Positions 48,871-57,879 of a stretch of DNA of 61,081 nt are shown one piece after another. Position 1 is the stretch's first letter. Every line of letters starts with the position of its first letter. This DNA comes from Minisyncoccota bacterium (GTDB taxonomy: Bacteria > Patescibacteriota > Minisyncoccia > Phycocordibacterales > UBA2100), in contig JAYWCB010000009.1 in the NCBI GenBank assembly GCA_043780835.1, forward strand, positions 1 to 61,081, read 5' to 3'. The notes beneath the pieces were generated by a model that worked only from the letters and a program-made list of their open reading frames with translations, had not been told where the DNA came from and did not search any database. A program made the translations under genes and the position numbers.

Positions 48871-49034
48871 ACATCTAAATAATTAATGGATTCGTGACCA
48901 TGCTAATAGCGTAAGCGTATCCTTACATGCGCACCTCTGCAAACGGCTTTTCAACACTTCGACTCGCCCCACCAGGTCTTGCTCAGTGTAAACACGGGGC
49001 GGCGTGGAGAAGTACCCTGAGCGTGTCGATGGGC

Positions 49035-49622
49035 TTATGTTGAAGCCTCCGCAAAGCGCTTTTCAATTATGCTCCAATTGAGATTTTTAAAGAATGCATC
49101 AATATACGCGCCCTTACCCTGGGCGCCGTAATCGAGGAGGAATGCGTGTTCCCACACATCGAGCGCGAGAATAACAGGCAGTGTTGCGAAGTGTCCTACG
49201 TGTTGCTCTCCAGAGAACCCGGCGAGAATGTGTTTACCGATCGGATCCCAATAAAGGAGCGCCCATCCCGGTCCGCGCATCAGACCAATCGCTTTCATGT
49301 ATGGCATAAGATGAGATGCATCTTTGTATTCTGTTGTCAGTGCGTCTTTCAGTGGTCCGTCGGAAAGCGGTGCAGCTCCACCCTCGAACTGCGAAAAGTA
49401 GATTTCATGCAGTCGCATACCGCCAAATTCGAATGAACGTCGGCGGATAAGCTCCGCGAGCGCGTGAGCATGTTTCTCGGAATCTTGTGCGTATTCGGGT
49501 AGCAACGCAGAAATGGCGTTGAAGTTTTTTACGTAGCCCGCGTAGAGGCCGAGATGTTCTTCAACGGATTTTTCCGAAATGCCGTCGAGTTTCGCAATGG
49601 AGAACGTTTTTGCTTCGTACAT
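49035..49622 (-). CDS. sod: Fe/Mn superoxide dismutase
   Basis: EEHLGLYAGYV, LHEIYF, G.GWALL, LALDVWEHAFLLDY..YIDAFF.N.NW. Confidence 0.9.
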   Translation of the reverse strand: MYEAKTFSIAKLDGISEKSVEEHLGLYAGYVKNFNAISALLPEYAQDSEKHAHALAELIRRRSFEFGGMRLHEIYFSQFEGGAAPLSDGPLKDALTTEYKDASHLMPYMKAIGLMRGPGWALLYWDPIGKHILAGFSGEQHVGHFATLPVILALDVWEHAFLLDYGAQGKGAYIDAFFKNLNWSIIEKRFAEAST

Positions 49623-49701
49623 ACAGTGAGAGATGAGGGATTATCGTAATGAGGCGAGTATATCACCAGGCATCATGAAGGTTGTATGACATACTTTTCA
49701 T

Positions 49702-50565
49702 ATGCAAAGGAGTCGCTTGCTCACGTTGGGCGCCATTTTTTTGCTGGCATCTGCTACCTGTCTTATTTGGATTGCTGCATTGCACGAAGATCGACAGGGG
49801 CTGCTGACGGTTTCATTTCTCGACATCGGTCAGGGCGATGCAATATTTATTGATTCACCAACCGGGCGGCAGGTACTTATCGACGGCGGTCCGGGTAGTG
49901 AGGTATTACGAAAACTGCCGACAGTCATGCCGTGGTATGACCGCTCAATAGATCTCATGATCGGGACGCATGCAGATTCCGATCACATTAGCGGACTCAT
50001 TGAGGTATTGCCGAGATACCGCGTCGGGGAGATTCTTGTCCCTTCGACGAAGGGGGATACAGAACCGTGGCGCACGTACTTACGCGAGGTGCATCTCGAA
50101 GAAGCCTCCGGCGCTCGTGTGCGCGTGGCGGAGCGTGGGGAGCGGATTGATCTCGGCGGCGGCGCATATGTGGATGTATTGTTTCCCGATCGCAAGCTTC
50201 CTGATATAGAAACAAACACGGGCTGCATTGTGACAAAACTCGTGTACGGAAAAACGTCGTTTATGTTGCCGTGCGATTCGCCGAAAATCATCGAAGAATA
50301 TCTTGCCGAACTCGATGGTGCTGAACTGAAATCCACCGTGCTAAAAGCCGGGCATCACGGATCAAAAAATTCTTCATCAGCGCTCTTTGTCGGGCTCGTC
50401 GATCCCTCATATGTGGTGTTTTCACGCGGGTGTAAAAACAGGTACGGCCATCCTGCACCTGAAACAATCGCGACTTTTGAGCGTTTTCGTATACCTACAA
50501 GCGACACCTGCACAGAGGGAACCGTCACATTTGTATCAGATGGACAAACGGTGATGCGTAAGTAG
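49702..50565 (+). CDS. ComEC/Rec2-type metallo-beta-lactamase-fold nuclease domain as a separate gene
   Basis: FLDIGQGDAI, LIDGG, THADSDHISG, LKAGHHGSKNSS, NRYGHP.PET. Confidence 0.9.
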   Translation: MQRSRLLTLGAIFLLASATCLIWIAALHEDRQGLLTVSFLDIGQGDAIFIDSPTGRQVLIDGGPGSEVLRKLPTVMPWYDRSIDLMIGTHADSDHISGLIEVLPRYRVGEILVPSTKGDTEPWRTYLREVHLEEASGARVRVAERGERIDLGGGAYVDVLFPDRKLPDIETNTGCIVTKLVYGKTSFMLPCDSPKIIEEYLAELDGAELKSTVLKAGHHGSKNSSSALFVGLVDPSYVVFSRGCKNRYGHPAPETIATFERFRIPTSDTCTEGTVTFVSDGQTVMRK

Positions 50566-50597
50566 GATAGCGAAGGAATGTAATCGGAGGATTGTAC

Positions 50598-50996
50598 ATG
50601 GTCAGTCTAGTCATCTTTTTTCTCTCGCTTGTGATTTTCGGCATCGCTTCACTCTTGGGTTACCACGTGGCGGCTCCGATGGTTCTGGCAGATTTCAATA
50701 CGGGACTCTTGCTCAGTATCGGTATTGCCATCGGCGTTACGGTAATGACGTATTCGATGTTTAATCTGCGTACTGACGGTCGCGAGGCGCTCGTTCTGTG
50801 GTATTCCTTTGACAGTCCGGCAATGCTCGCGTTGGGAGCAGTTACGGCATTTGTGAGTAGCGCGTTCTTCGGATGTGGCGCATTTGTGCTTGCGTTCATA
50901 TTCGGTGGAATCGCGAGTATTCTCGTCGTGCGTGCTGTTGCTCGCGGCCCGGTGTACGGATGGGAAGAATTTGTGACGAGACGCCTACGGCAGTAG
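50598..50996 (+). CDS. Hypothetical membrane protein
   Basis: SD GGAGG at 50586-50590; hydrophobic throughout. Confidence 0.65.
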   Translation: MVSLVIFFLSLVIFGIASLLGYHVAAPMVLADFNTGLLLSIGIAIGVTVMTYSMFNLRTDGREALVLWYSFDSPAMLALGAVTAFVSSAFFGCGAFVLAFIFGGIASILVVRAVARGPVYGWEEFVTRRLRQ

Positions 50997-51048
50997 ATGC
51001 GAAAAAAAAGCCCCGGTTAACCGGGGCTTTTTGTTTTTCTGTTTGAAT

Positions 51049-51291
51049 TTAGATGAGGCCCGCTTTCTTGAGCGTTATGAATGCGCCGCGCTTTTTCATG
51101 GTCTTGAGGCCGCGGGCAGAAACGGTTACCGTAACCTTCTTGCCGAGTTCCGGAATGAAAAGGGTCTTTGATTGGAAATTCACCTGACGGCGGCGCTTGC
51201 CGGTCGGGTTGAACTTGGTCGCACGAACGCGGTTTGAATAGCCGCCCCCGACCTGCGATGTAGCTCCACTGATTGCGCAAACTCGTGCCAT
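51049..51291 (-). CDS. rpmB: 50S ribosomal protein L28
   Basis: MARVCAISG..G..YS..KRR..VN.Q.K..KVTV.VSARGLKT. Confidence 0.93.
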   Translation of the reverse strand: MARVCAISGATSQVGGGYSNRVRATKFNPTGKRRRQVNFQSKTLFIPELGKKVTVTVSARGLKTMKKRGAFITLKKAGLI

Positions 51292-51414
51292 AAGTCCGCG
51301 TATCCTAGCTTGTAATAGAGTGCCTGTCAAAAAAGCATTCCCGACGAGATATAAGTCATTGTACTTCACAAATCAACAGTAAAATTGACACCTCACGGGG
51401 TATACTACGCATCT

Positions 51415-52041
51415 ATGGACATTGCAGACACACTCTTTATCGTTGCGGTGGTCATTTTCTCTGCCGTTATTCACGAAGTTATGCATGGCGTGGCTGCCGA
51501 CTGGCTGGGCGATCATACGGCACGCTATGCAGGGCGTCTCACGCTGAATCCTATCCCGCACCTTGATCTATGGGGCTCTATCATTATTCCCATCTCACTA
51601 GCCCTTACTCACTCGCCGATTTTCTTCGGGTACGCGAAGCCAGTTCCGTACAACCCATATAATCTCAGACCGGGACGCTTTTCCGAAGCTATGGTGGCCT
51701 TCGCGGGTCCGCTTTCGAACCTCGCTATTGCCATAGTGATGTCGGTGGTTATTCGAGCGGGTGTCGTTTCAAATATGGCTGCGAGCCTCGTGTTCACCGT
51801 GGTGGTGGTCAATATGATGCTCTTTCTATTCAACTTGATACCAATACCGCCCCTCGACGGATCAAAAGTAATAGAAGCTCTCTTGCCACGCGCCTTGCAG
51901 CACGGCTATGCCACCTGGCGATCACGTATGGAAAGTAATCCGCTCACGGGGATGGTGCTCGTGGTTGTCATTATATTGATGCTTGGCGGTGCTTTTGGCT
52001 CGTTTGTGTACAGCGCGGCAAGCGCACTCGCCGGTGTATAA
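51415..52041 (+). CDS. Site-2 protease (M50 family)
   Basis: [44 protein letters not shown]. Confidence 0.93.
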   Translation: MDIADTLFIVAVVIFSAVIHEVMHGVAADWLGDHTARYAGRLTLNPIPHLDLWGSIIIPISLALTHSPIFFGYAKPVPYNPYNLRPGRFSEAMVAFAGPLSNLAIAIVMSVVIRAGVVSNMAASLVFTVVVVNMMLFLFNLIPIPPLDGSKVIEALLPRALQHGYATWRSRMESNPLTGMVLVVVIILMLGGAFGSFVYSAASALAGV

Positions 52042-52050
52042 ATGGCCGGC

Positions 52051-52079
52051 TTGCACACCACGGGCTGTGTATGTATACT
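52051..52079 (+). promoter_or_regulatory. Sigma70-type promoter for rpsL-rpsG
   Basis: TTGCAC-N17-TATACT. Confidence 0.55.
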
Positions 52080-52114
52080 CGTCGCACGTCCCTCAGGGGA
52101 TTTTTCATTGCTAC

Positions 52115-52531
52115 ATGGCAACAATCAATCAACTCACGCGCAGTGGTCGCACCAAAAAGACCCGTCCTTCAAAGACGGTCGCACTTTCGCGCGGATTCAA
52201 TACATTAAAAAACCGCCCGTCGTTTTACCCTGCTCCATTTAAGCGCGGAGTGTGCACTCGTGTCACAACGAAAACTCCTCGTAAGCCGAACTCCGCTATT
52301 CGTAAAATCGCCCGTGTCCGTCTTTCCAACGGCATGGAAATCACTGCATACATTCCGGGAGAGGGACACAACCTGCAGGAACACTCAGTGGTGCTCGTAC
52401 GCGGCGGTCGTGTGAAAGACATCGGTATCCGTTACACGATTGTGCGCGGTAAGCTCGATGCAACCGGTGTCGATAAACGCCGACGAGGACGATCACGATA
52501 CGGTGCCAAAAAGCCAAAAGCAGCCAAATAA
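52115..52531 (+). CDS. rpsL: 30S ribosomal protein S12
   Basis: [41 protein letters not shown]. Confidence 0.98.
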   Translation: MATINQLTRSGRTKKTRPSKTVALSRGFNTLKNRPSFYPAPFKRGVCTRVTTKTPRKPNSAIRKIARVRLSNGMEITAYIPGEGHNLQEHSVVLVRGGRVKDIGIRYTIVRGKLDATGVDKRRRGRSRYGAKKPKAAK

Positions 52532-52536
52532 TTTAT

Positions 52537-52998
52537 ATGCGACGACCAGTAAAAAATCGAAAACAACCGGCTCCGGATGAAATCTACGGGTCTCTTAAGG
52601 TTGCAAAGCTCATCAATTACGTGATGGAGCGCGGCAAGAAGGACACCGCTCGCAAAATCGTTTACAAAGTGATGGACGAGCTCAAGAAGGAAGGCGACCC
52701 GGTCATCATCCTCGACGAAGCGCTCGAAAATGCAGCACCGACGGTAGAGGTACGCTCACGCCGCGTAGGTGGAGCAAACTACCAGGTGCCGCGAGAAGTT
52801 CGCCCGGAACGCCGCCTCTCACTCGGGCTACGCTGGATCGTTGAAGCCGCAGAAGGCACCAAGGGTAAGCCGATGCACGAAACGCTTTTGAAAGAAATTC
52901 AGGCAGCACACAAGGGAGAGGGTGTTGCAGTCAACAAGAAAGAAACGACCCATCGCATGGCCGAGGCCAACAAAGCATTCGCCCACTTTGCGTGGTAA
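52537..52998 (+). CDS. rpsG: 30S ribosomal protein S7
   Basis: KLIN.VM..GKK..A, SRRVGGANYQVP, HRMAEANKAFAH. Confidence 0.98.
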   Translation: MRRPVKNRKQPAPDEIYGSLKVAKLINYVMERGKKDTARKIVYKVMDELKKEGDPVIILDEALENAAPTVEVRSRRVGGANYQVPREVRPERRLSLGLRWIVEAAEGTKGKPMHETLLKEIQAAHKGEGVAVNKKETTHRMAEANKAFAHFAW

Positions 52999-53015
52999 TC
53001 ACAAAAAAGCAAACG

Positions 53016-53042
53016 AAACGGCGCCGATAGGCGCCGTTTTTT
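53016..53042 (+). terminator. Intrinsic terminator after rpsG
   Basis: AAACGGCGCC-GATA-GGCGCCGTTTTTT. Confidence 0.8.
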
Positions 53043-53061
53043 GTATCCTGGTCTTTTGTGC

Positions 53062-53418
53062 TCAATTGAGAACGCGTTTGGCCAGAGGGAGGATTTCACG
53101 GTCAGCATTCGGTGCCGGTGTGGCATTGCGGATGCCCATAGTGCAGAGAACGTCGGTATCGACGTTACCGCGATGGACCCAGCGTTTGCCCGTTTCGTCT
53201 TTCACATGCACTGAACCGCCGTTCATAGGAAGCACGAAGAACTGAGCTTCCAGGCGATTGCGCTGCAGGCGGTCGATCTCATCGCTTGGAAGGTCGAGGT
53301 CCTCGATATAGGCCAGTTGGCGGGCGAGATTATCGTCTTGGTCTGCCGCCGCGCCTTCCTCTATTTCAACAAAACCGAGCTCTTTCAGTCGAGTAGCATG
53401 GATGCTTTCGGTCTTCAT
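53062..53418 (-). CDS. Hypothetical protein (118 aa)
   Basis: SD-like AAGGA; ends at the rpsG terminator. Confidence 0.6.
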   Translation of the reverse strand: MKTESIHATRLKELGFVEIEEGAAADQDDNLARQLAYIEDLDLPSDEIDRLQRNRLEAQFFVLPMNGGSVHVKDETGKRWVHRGNVDTDVLCTMGIRNATPAPNADREILPLAKRVLN

Positions 53419-53704
53419 GGCGGATATCCTTGCTGTTGCTACAGATATGGGCGACGAATGTCGGCCTCTGGTATTATTATGTATTAGATATCGTTTTTGT
53501 CAATTAAGCCTGTTCTCACCACTACTTCATGCCCGCCCCTCTACGCTTAGCATTATTTCAATAAAATCAATTTGCTATGAAAGGAATTGTTTTGTGGTTT
53601 CTTGGAGTACCGGTGACGGTGATCATTCTTTTGTACATCTTCCATATTCTCTAAAAAAGCAAAGTGGCGCCATGAAGCGCCACTTTGTATTTGTACAGAA
53701 TGAA

Positions 53705-54205
53705 CTATTTTGGAATTTCGGGGAAAACTCCAACGTCGAGATCGTCTGCGGTGCATACGGTTTTCCCGTCGCAATCAACGACACCGTTCGCGAAGGCTCT
53801 CGAGAGCTTTTCACCTATACGCGCACGCTTCATGTGGAGTGTGTAGGTGACAAGCTTCGCGCTCGGTGTAATTTGGCCGGTGAATTTGATCTCGCCTGAC
53901 CCAAGTGCGCGGCCATAGCCGACTGCTCCGTAATGCCCCTGGAAAAATCCGAGCATTTGCCAGAGTGCATCCACCTGTAAGCAACCCGGCATAACCGGAT
54001 CTGCCGTAAAGTGGCAGTTAAAGAACCACAAATGTGGTGCGATATCGAGTTCTGCTTTCACGATTCCTTTCCCGAATGCGCCACCGGTCTTCTCGAGTTC
54101 CGAAATGCGATCAAACATGAGAAACGGCGGTGCGGGCAAACTAGGCCGGGGTGCAAACTTTCGCAAGCCGGAATCAAGCAAATGCTCGTAACTGAAAGAA
54201 ACCAT
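53705..54205 (-). CDS. fabA: FabA-type 3-hydroxyacyl-ACP dehydratase/isomerase
   Basis: LPAPPFLMFDRI, WFFNCHF..DPVMPGCL..DALWQMLGF, GRALGSGEIKFTGQITP; SD GAGGAGG. Confidence 0.9.
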   Translation of the reverse strand: MVSFSYEHLLDSGLRKFAPRPSLPAPPFLMFDRISELEKTGGAFGKGIVKAELDIAPHLWFFNCHFTADPVMPGCLQVDALWQMLGFFQGHYGAVGYGRALGSGEIKFTGQITPSAKLVTYTLHMKRARIGEKLSRAFANGVVDCDGKTVCTADDLDVGVFPEIPK

Positions 54206-54291
54206 TCGATCCTCCTCGGTTGGACAGCATCCTGTATACCGCGCAGCGCCTGCTCTGTCGACAGAACGGGCAAGTATCGTAGGATTGTCAC

Positions 54292-54981
54292 ATGCACGAT
54301 GTAAAGCTCGGTGGCGGCTGGAAGGAAAAACTCGCAGATCAATTCGATCAGAGCTATTTTAAGCAGCTGACCGAATTCGTTCGAAACGAATATGTTTCGG
54401 CAACCGTGTACCCGAATCCAAAAAATATCTTTCGCGCATTCAACGAAACGCCGTTTGATTCGGTACGGGTGGTGATTCTTGGACAGGATCCATATCACGG
54501 CGATGGTCAGGCAAACGGGCTGTGTTTCGCGGTAAACACGGGTGTGAAAGCGCCGCCGTCGCTACAAAATATTTTTAAGGAGCTTGAGAGCGATCTTGGT
54601 TCGATAGGCTCACCACAGGCGGGGCATCCGGTCAGTCGCGATACTGATCTTGGTCGTTGGGCGAAGCAGGGTGTTCTATTATTGAACGCCACACTCACGG
54701 TACGCGCTGCATCCGCCGGCTCACATCAAAAAAAGGGTTGGGAAGCGTTTACAGATGCCGCGATAAAAAAACTCAACGACGAACGAGAGGGAATCGTGTT
54801 CGTCTTGTGGGGCAATTATGCGAAACAAAAGGGTGCGCATATTAATCGTGCAAAGCATTGCGTGATCGAGTCAGCACACCCATCACCCCTCTCGGCGTAT
54901 AATGGTTTTTTCGGTTCGAAACCGTTCTCGAAAGCCAACGAATATCTATTGAGAAAAGGTGCAACTGCTATTGAGTGGTAA
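54292..54981 (+). CDS. ung: Uracil-DNA glycosylase (family 1)
   Basis: VVILGQDPYHG, PPSLQNI, QGVLLLN, FVLWG, SAHPSPLS. Confidence 0.97.
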   Translation: MHDVKLGGGWKEKLADQFDQSYFKQLTEFVRNEYVSATVYPNPKNIFRAFNETPFDSVRVVILGQDPYHGDGQANGLCFAVNTGVKAPPSLQNIFKELESDLGSIGSPQAGHPVSRDTDLGRWAKQGVLLLNATLTVRAASAGSHQKKGWEAFTDAAIKKLNDEREGIVFVLWGNYAKQKGAHINRAKHCVIESAHPSPLSAYNGFFGSKPFSKANEYLLRKGATAIEW

Positions 54982-55052
54982 GACTAGCGCAACCGTAAAA
55001 CAGGCGTATCGTTATATATGGAAGCGGGAATCAGTCCCGACCCAAGGAGGAA

Positions 55053-55232
55053 ATGCCAATGCGTATTCGTATCGGCACTGACGACACGTCATTCTTAGGC
55101 ACATTGCTGTTGATTGCATTTCTCGGAGCTATTACCTGGGGCGCTTTCAGTTCGGTGGTGCACCATGGCAGGAATGCCACATTCACTGGACCGCAATCGA
55201 CTCCCGCGACGACTCTTACTCAGCTCCGTTAA
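55053..55232 (+). CDS. Small single-TM protein (59 aa)
   Basis: SD AAGGAGG; MPMRIRIGTDDTSFLGTLLLIAFLGAITWGAFSS..; followed by a hairpin. Confidence 0.6.
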   Translation: MPMRIRIGTDDTSFLGTLLLIAFLGAITWGAFSSVVHHGRNATFTGPQSTPATTLTQLR

Positions 55233-55344
55233 AAAGAAGTAAAGGGCCTCGAGAAATCGGGGTCTTTGCTTTTATGGATACATCGTCGTATCGTATTCGT
55301 CGGCAGCCGGAATGAGCTGTCTTCTCTATGGAGGAGGAAATCAC

Positions 55345-55488
55345 GTGAGTACAAACGCAAAGATCGGATGGGGTCTCGCTGTGGTCGTCGTCATCGGCGT
55401 GCTCTGGTACGCGCTATCGAAGAAGCCGGCACCCGTCGTCAAGAAGTCGCACATCCCCGACATCGTTCAGATGGTCCGCGCTGCATAA
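55345..55488 (+). CDS. Small single-TM protein (47 aa, GTG start)
   Basis: SD GGAGGAGG; MSTNAKIGWGLAVVVVIGVLWYALSKKPAP..; followed by a hairpin with T-tract. Confidence 0.6.
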   Translation: MSTNAKIGWGLAVVVVIGVLWYALSKKPAPVVKKSHIPDIVQMVRAA

Positions 55489-55678
55489 TCGTCGACATGA
55501 GTCGGCGCAAGACCTCGCTTTCGAGCGGGGTCTTTGCTTTTTGGGGTCATTTCGCCTATATTACGTGGACGCCGCAGGCGTTTTTTGTTTGTGGCTAGCG
55601 AGGAGCGAAGTGGGAGCGTGCTCACATTTCGTCGGAGCGACGGCACAACAATAAGTCATTATTTGTGAAATAAATATT

Positions 55679-57820
55679 ATGGAAAGAGATTATCCCCTGG
55701 AGAAAGTTCGAAACTTCGGCATCGTGGCCCACGTGGACGCGGGCAAAACGACCACGTCGGAGCGCATCCTCTACTACACAGGGGAATCTCACAAAATCGG
55801 CGAAGTGCACGACGGCAATACCGTGACCGACTGGATGGAACAGGAGCGCGAACGCGGCATCACCATCACCGCGGCAGCAATCACCTGTTTCTGGAACCCG
55901 TCGTACATGGGCGACGACCTTTCACAAAAAGTGCGATTCAACGTGATCGATACACCAGGACACATCGACTTCACCTCAGAAGTGAAGCGATCTATGCGTG
56001 TGCTCGACGGGGCAGTTGTGGTATTCGACGGCGTAGCCGGTGTGGAACCGCAGTCCGAAACCAACTGGCGCTATGCTGAAGAAGCAGAAGTGCCACGTAT
56101 TTGCTACATCAACAAGCTCGACCGTACCGGGGCGTCATTTGAAAAATCATACGCGTCCATCCTCGATCGTCTTTCCACCAAGGCGGTGCGCCTGCAGATT
56201 CCCGTCGGCGCAGAAGGAGACTTCGAAGCCGTGATCGACGTGCTTGAGATGAAAATGTTCCGATTCGAAGGAGAAATGGGCAAAAATGTCTCCGCACACG
56301 AAATTCCGGAGGCCTACATGGCCGACGCGAAGAAGTACCACGATGAAATCGTGGAGCGTATCGTGGAAACCAACGACGCACTCATGACTGATTTCCTCGA
56401 AGGGAAAATTCCTGAACTCGATGTGCTCAGGAAAACGCTTCGTCAGGCGGTTATCGAAAACAAAATCTTTCCGGTACTTACCGGCTCATCGCTCAAGAAT
56501 AAGGGCGTGCAGCGCGTACTCGATGCAGTCGTCGATTACCTCCCGTCTCCGCTCGATCTTCCGCAAGCAATCGGTATGAATCCAGATACAGGATTGGAGG
56601 AGCCGCGTCCGTCTGACGACTCGGCGCCGTTCGCTGCACTCGTCTTCAAGCTCCAGACAGACCCATTCGTAGGAAATCTTGCGTTCTTCCGCGTCTACTC
56701 GGGTTCTATCTCCGCCGGCGACACCGTGTATAACGCAGCTAATAATAGAAAAGAGCGGCTCGGTCGCGTCGTGCGATTGCAGGCTGACAAGCGCGAAGAA
56801 GTAAAAACGGTCTACGCCGGAGAAATCGCAGCCGCGGTGGGCCTCAAGGAGATCAAGATCGGAAACACGCTCTGTGATGCTGCGCATCCGATCATCCTCG
56901 AATCGATCATCTTCCCAGAGCCGGTAGTATCGATGCGTATCGAACCGGACACCAAGGCCGATCAGGAACGGATGGGCATCGCACTCTCGAAACTTTCCGA
57001 CGAAGACCCGACCTTCCGCGTGAAGTCGGATCCGGAAACGATGGAAACGATCATTTCCGGCATGGGTGAACTGCATCTCGACATCATCGTCGATCGTATG
57101 AAGCGTGAATTTGCGGTCAACGCAAAAACCGGCAAGCCGCAGGTGGCATATCGCGAAACGATTCAGGGCAACTCAGATGTGGAATACAAGCACATGAAGC
57201 AGACGGGCGGTCGCGGTCAATACGGTCACGTAAAGATTAAGATGGCACCACTGAAGCCGATTGAAGAGGGGGTAAAGATCAAGAACAACGTCGATCGCGA
57301 AGACCACTTCGAATTCATCAACAGCATCAAAGGAGGCGTTATTCCGCAGGAATTCATTCCGGCAGTTCGCAAAGGACTCAAAGAAGGAATGGAGCGCGGC
57401 GTGCTCGCCGGCTTCCCGATGGTGGATGTGTCAGTCGATCTCTACGACGGCAGCTACCACGATGTGGACTCATCCGAAATCGCATTTAAACTTGCTGCGC
57501 TTAACGCATTTCAAGAAGCGTGCAAGGCGGCAAAGCCGGTCATCCTAGAGCCGATTATGAAACTCGAAGTCGTTGTCCCTGAAAAGTTCATGGGTGACGT
57601 AACGGGCATGATCAACTCCAAGCGCGGCTCCATCGAAGCGATGGGCGAGCGTGGTCAGGCAAAGGTCATTACCGCAAAAGTGCCACTCTCCGAACTCTTT
57701 GGATTCACCACGCAGCTTCGCTCTCTCACCGAAGGCCGCGGCGTACCAAACCTCGAGTTCTCGCACTACACAGTGGTGCCAAGAAACGTGCAGGACGACA
57801 TCATTGCCTCAAGAAAGTAA
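55679..57820 (+). CDS. fusA: Elongation factor G
   Basis: AHVDAGKTT, QERERGITI, DTPGHIDF, NKLDR, KPQVAYRE, DGSYHDVDSS, LEPIMKLEV. Confidence 0.98.
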   Translation: MERDYPLEKVRNFGIVAHVDAGKTTTSERILYYTGESHKIGEVHDGNTVTDWMEQERERGITITAAAITCFWNPSYMGDDLSQKVRFNVIDTPGHIDFTSEVKRSMRVLDGAVVVFDGVAGVEPQSETNWRYAEEAEVPRICYINKLDRTGASFEKSYASILDRLSTKAVRLQIPVGAEGDFEAVIDVLEMKMFRFEGEMGKNVSAHEIPEAYMADAKKYHDEIVERIVETNDALMTDFLEGKIPELDVLRKTLRQAVIENKIFPVLTGSSLKNKGVQRVLDAVVDYLPSPLDLPQAIGMNPDTGLEEPRPSDDSAPFAALVFKLQTDPFVGNLAFFRVYSGSISAGDTVYNAANNRKERLGRVVRLQADKREEVKTVYAGEIAAAVGLKEIKIGNTLCDAAHPIILESIIFPEPVVSMRIEPDTKADQERMGIALSKLSDEDPTFRVKSDPETMETIISGMGELHLDIIVDRMKREFAVNAKTGKPQVAYRETIQGNSDVEYKHMKQTGGRGQYGHVKIKMAPLKPIEEGVKIKNNVDREDHFEFINSIKGGVIPQEFIPAVRKGLKEGMERGVLAGFPMVDVSVDLYDGSYHDVDSSEIAFKLAALNAFQEACKAAKPVILEPIMKLEVVVPEKFMGDVTGMINSKRGSIEAMGERGQAKVITAKVPLSELFGFTTQLRSLTEGRGVPNLEFSHYTVVPRNVQDDIIASRK

Positions 57821-57879
57821 CAGAACAGGTATACACATAGAGCAGCCGCCCGAGAGGGCGGCTGCTCTATACTGTAGCG

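Noticed and set aside
48996-49022. TPP riboswitch (GGGG..GAGAAGTACCC)
   Set aside because: Lacks CTGAGA and the P4/P5 CCTGA..AGCGTAGGGAA half, and is on the wrong strand for the adjacent gene.
6055-57868. GC-rich hairpins as a REP-like repeat family
   Set aside because: Their sequences are unrelated and they sit at gene 3' ends, consistent with ordinary intrinsic terminators.
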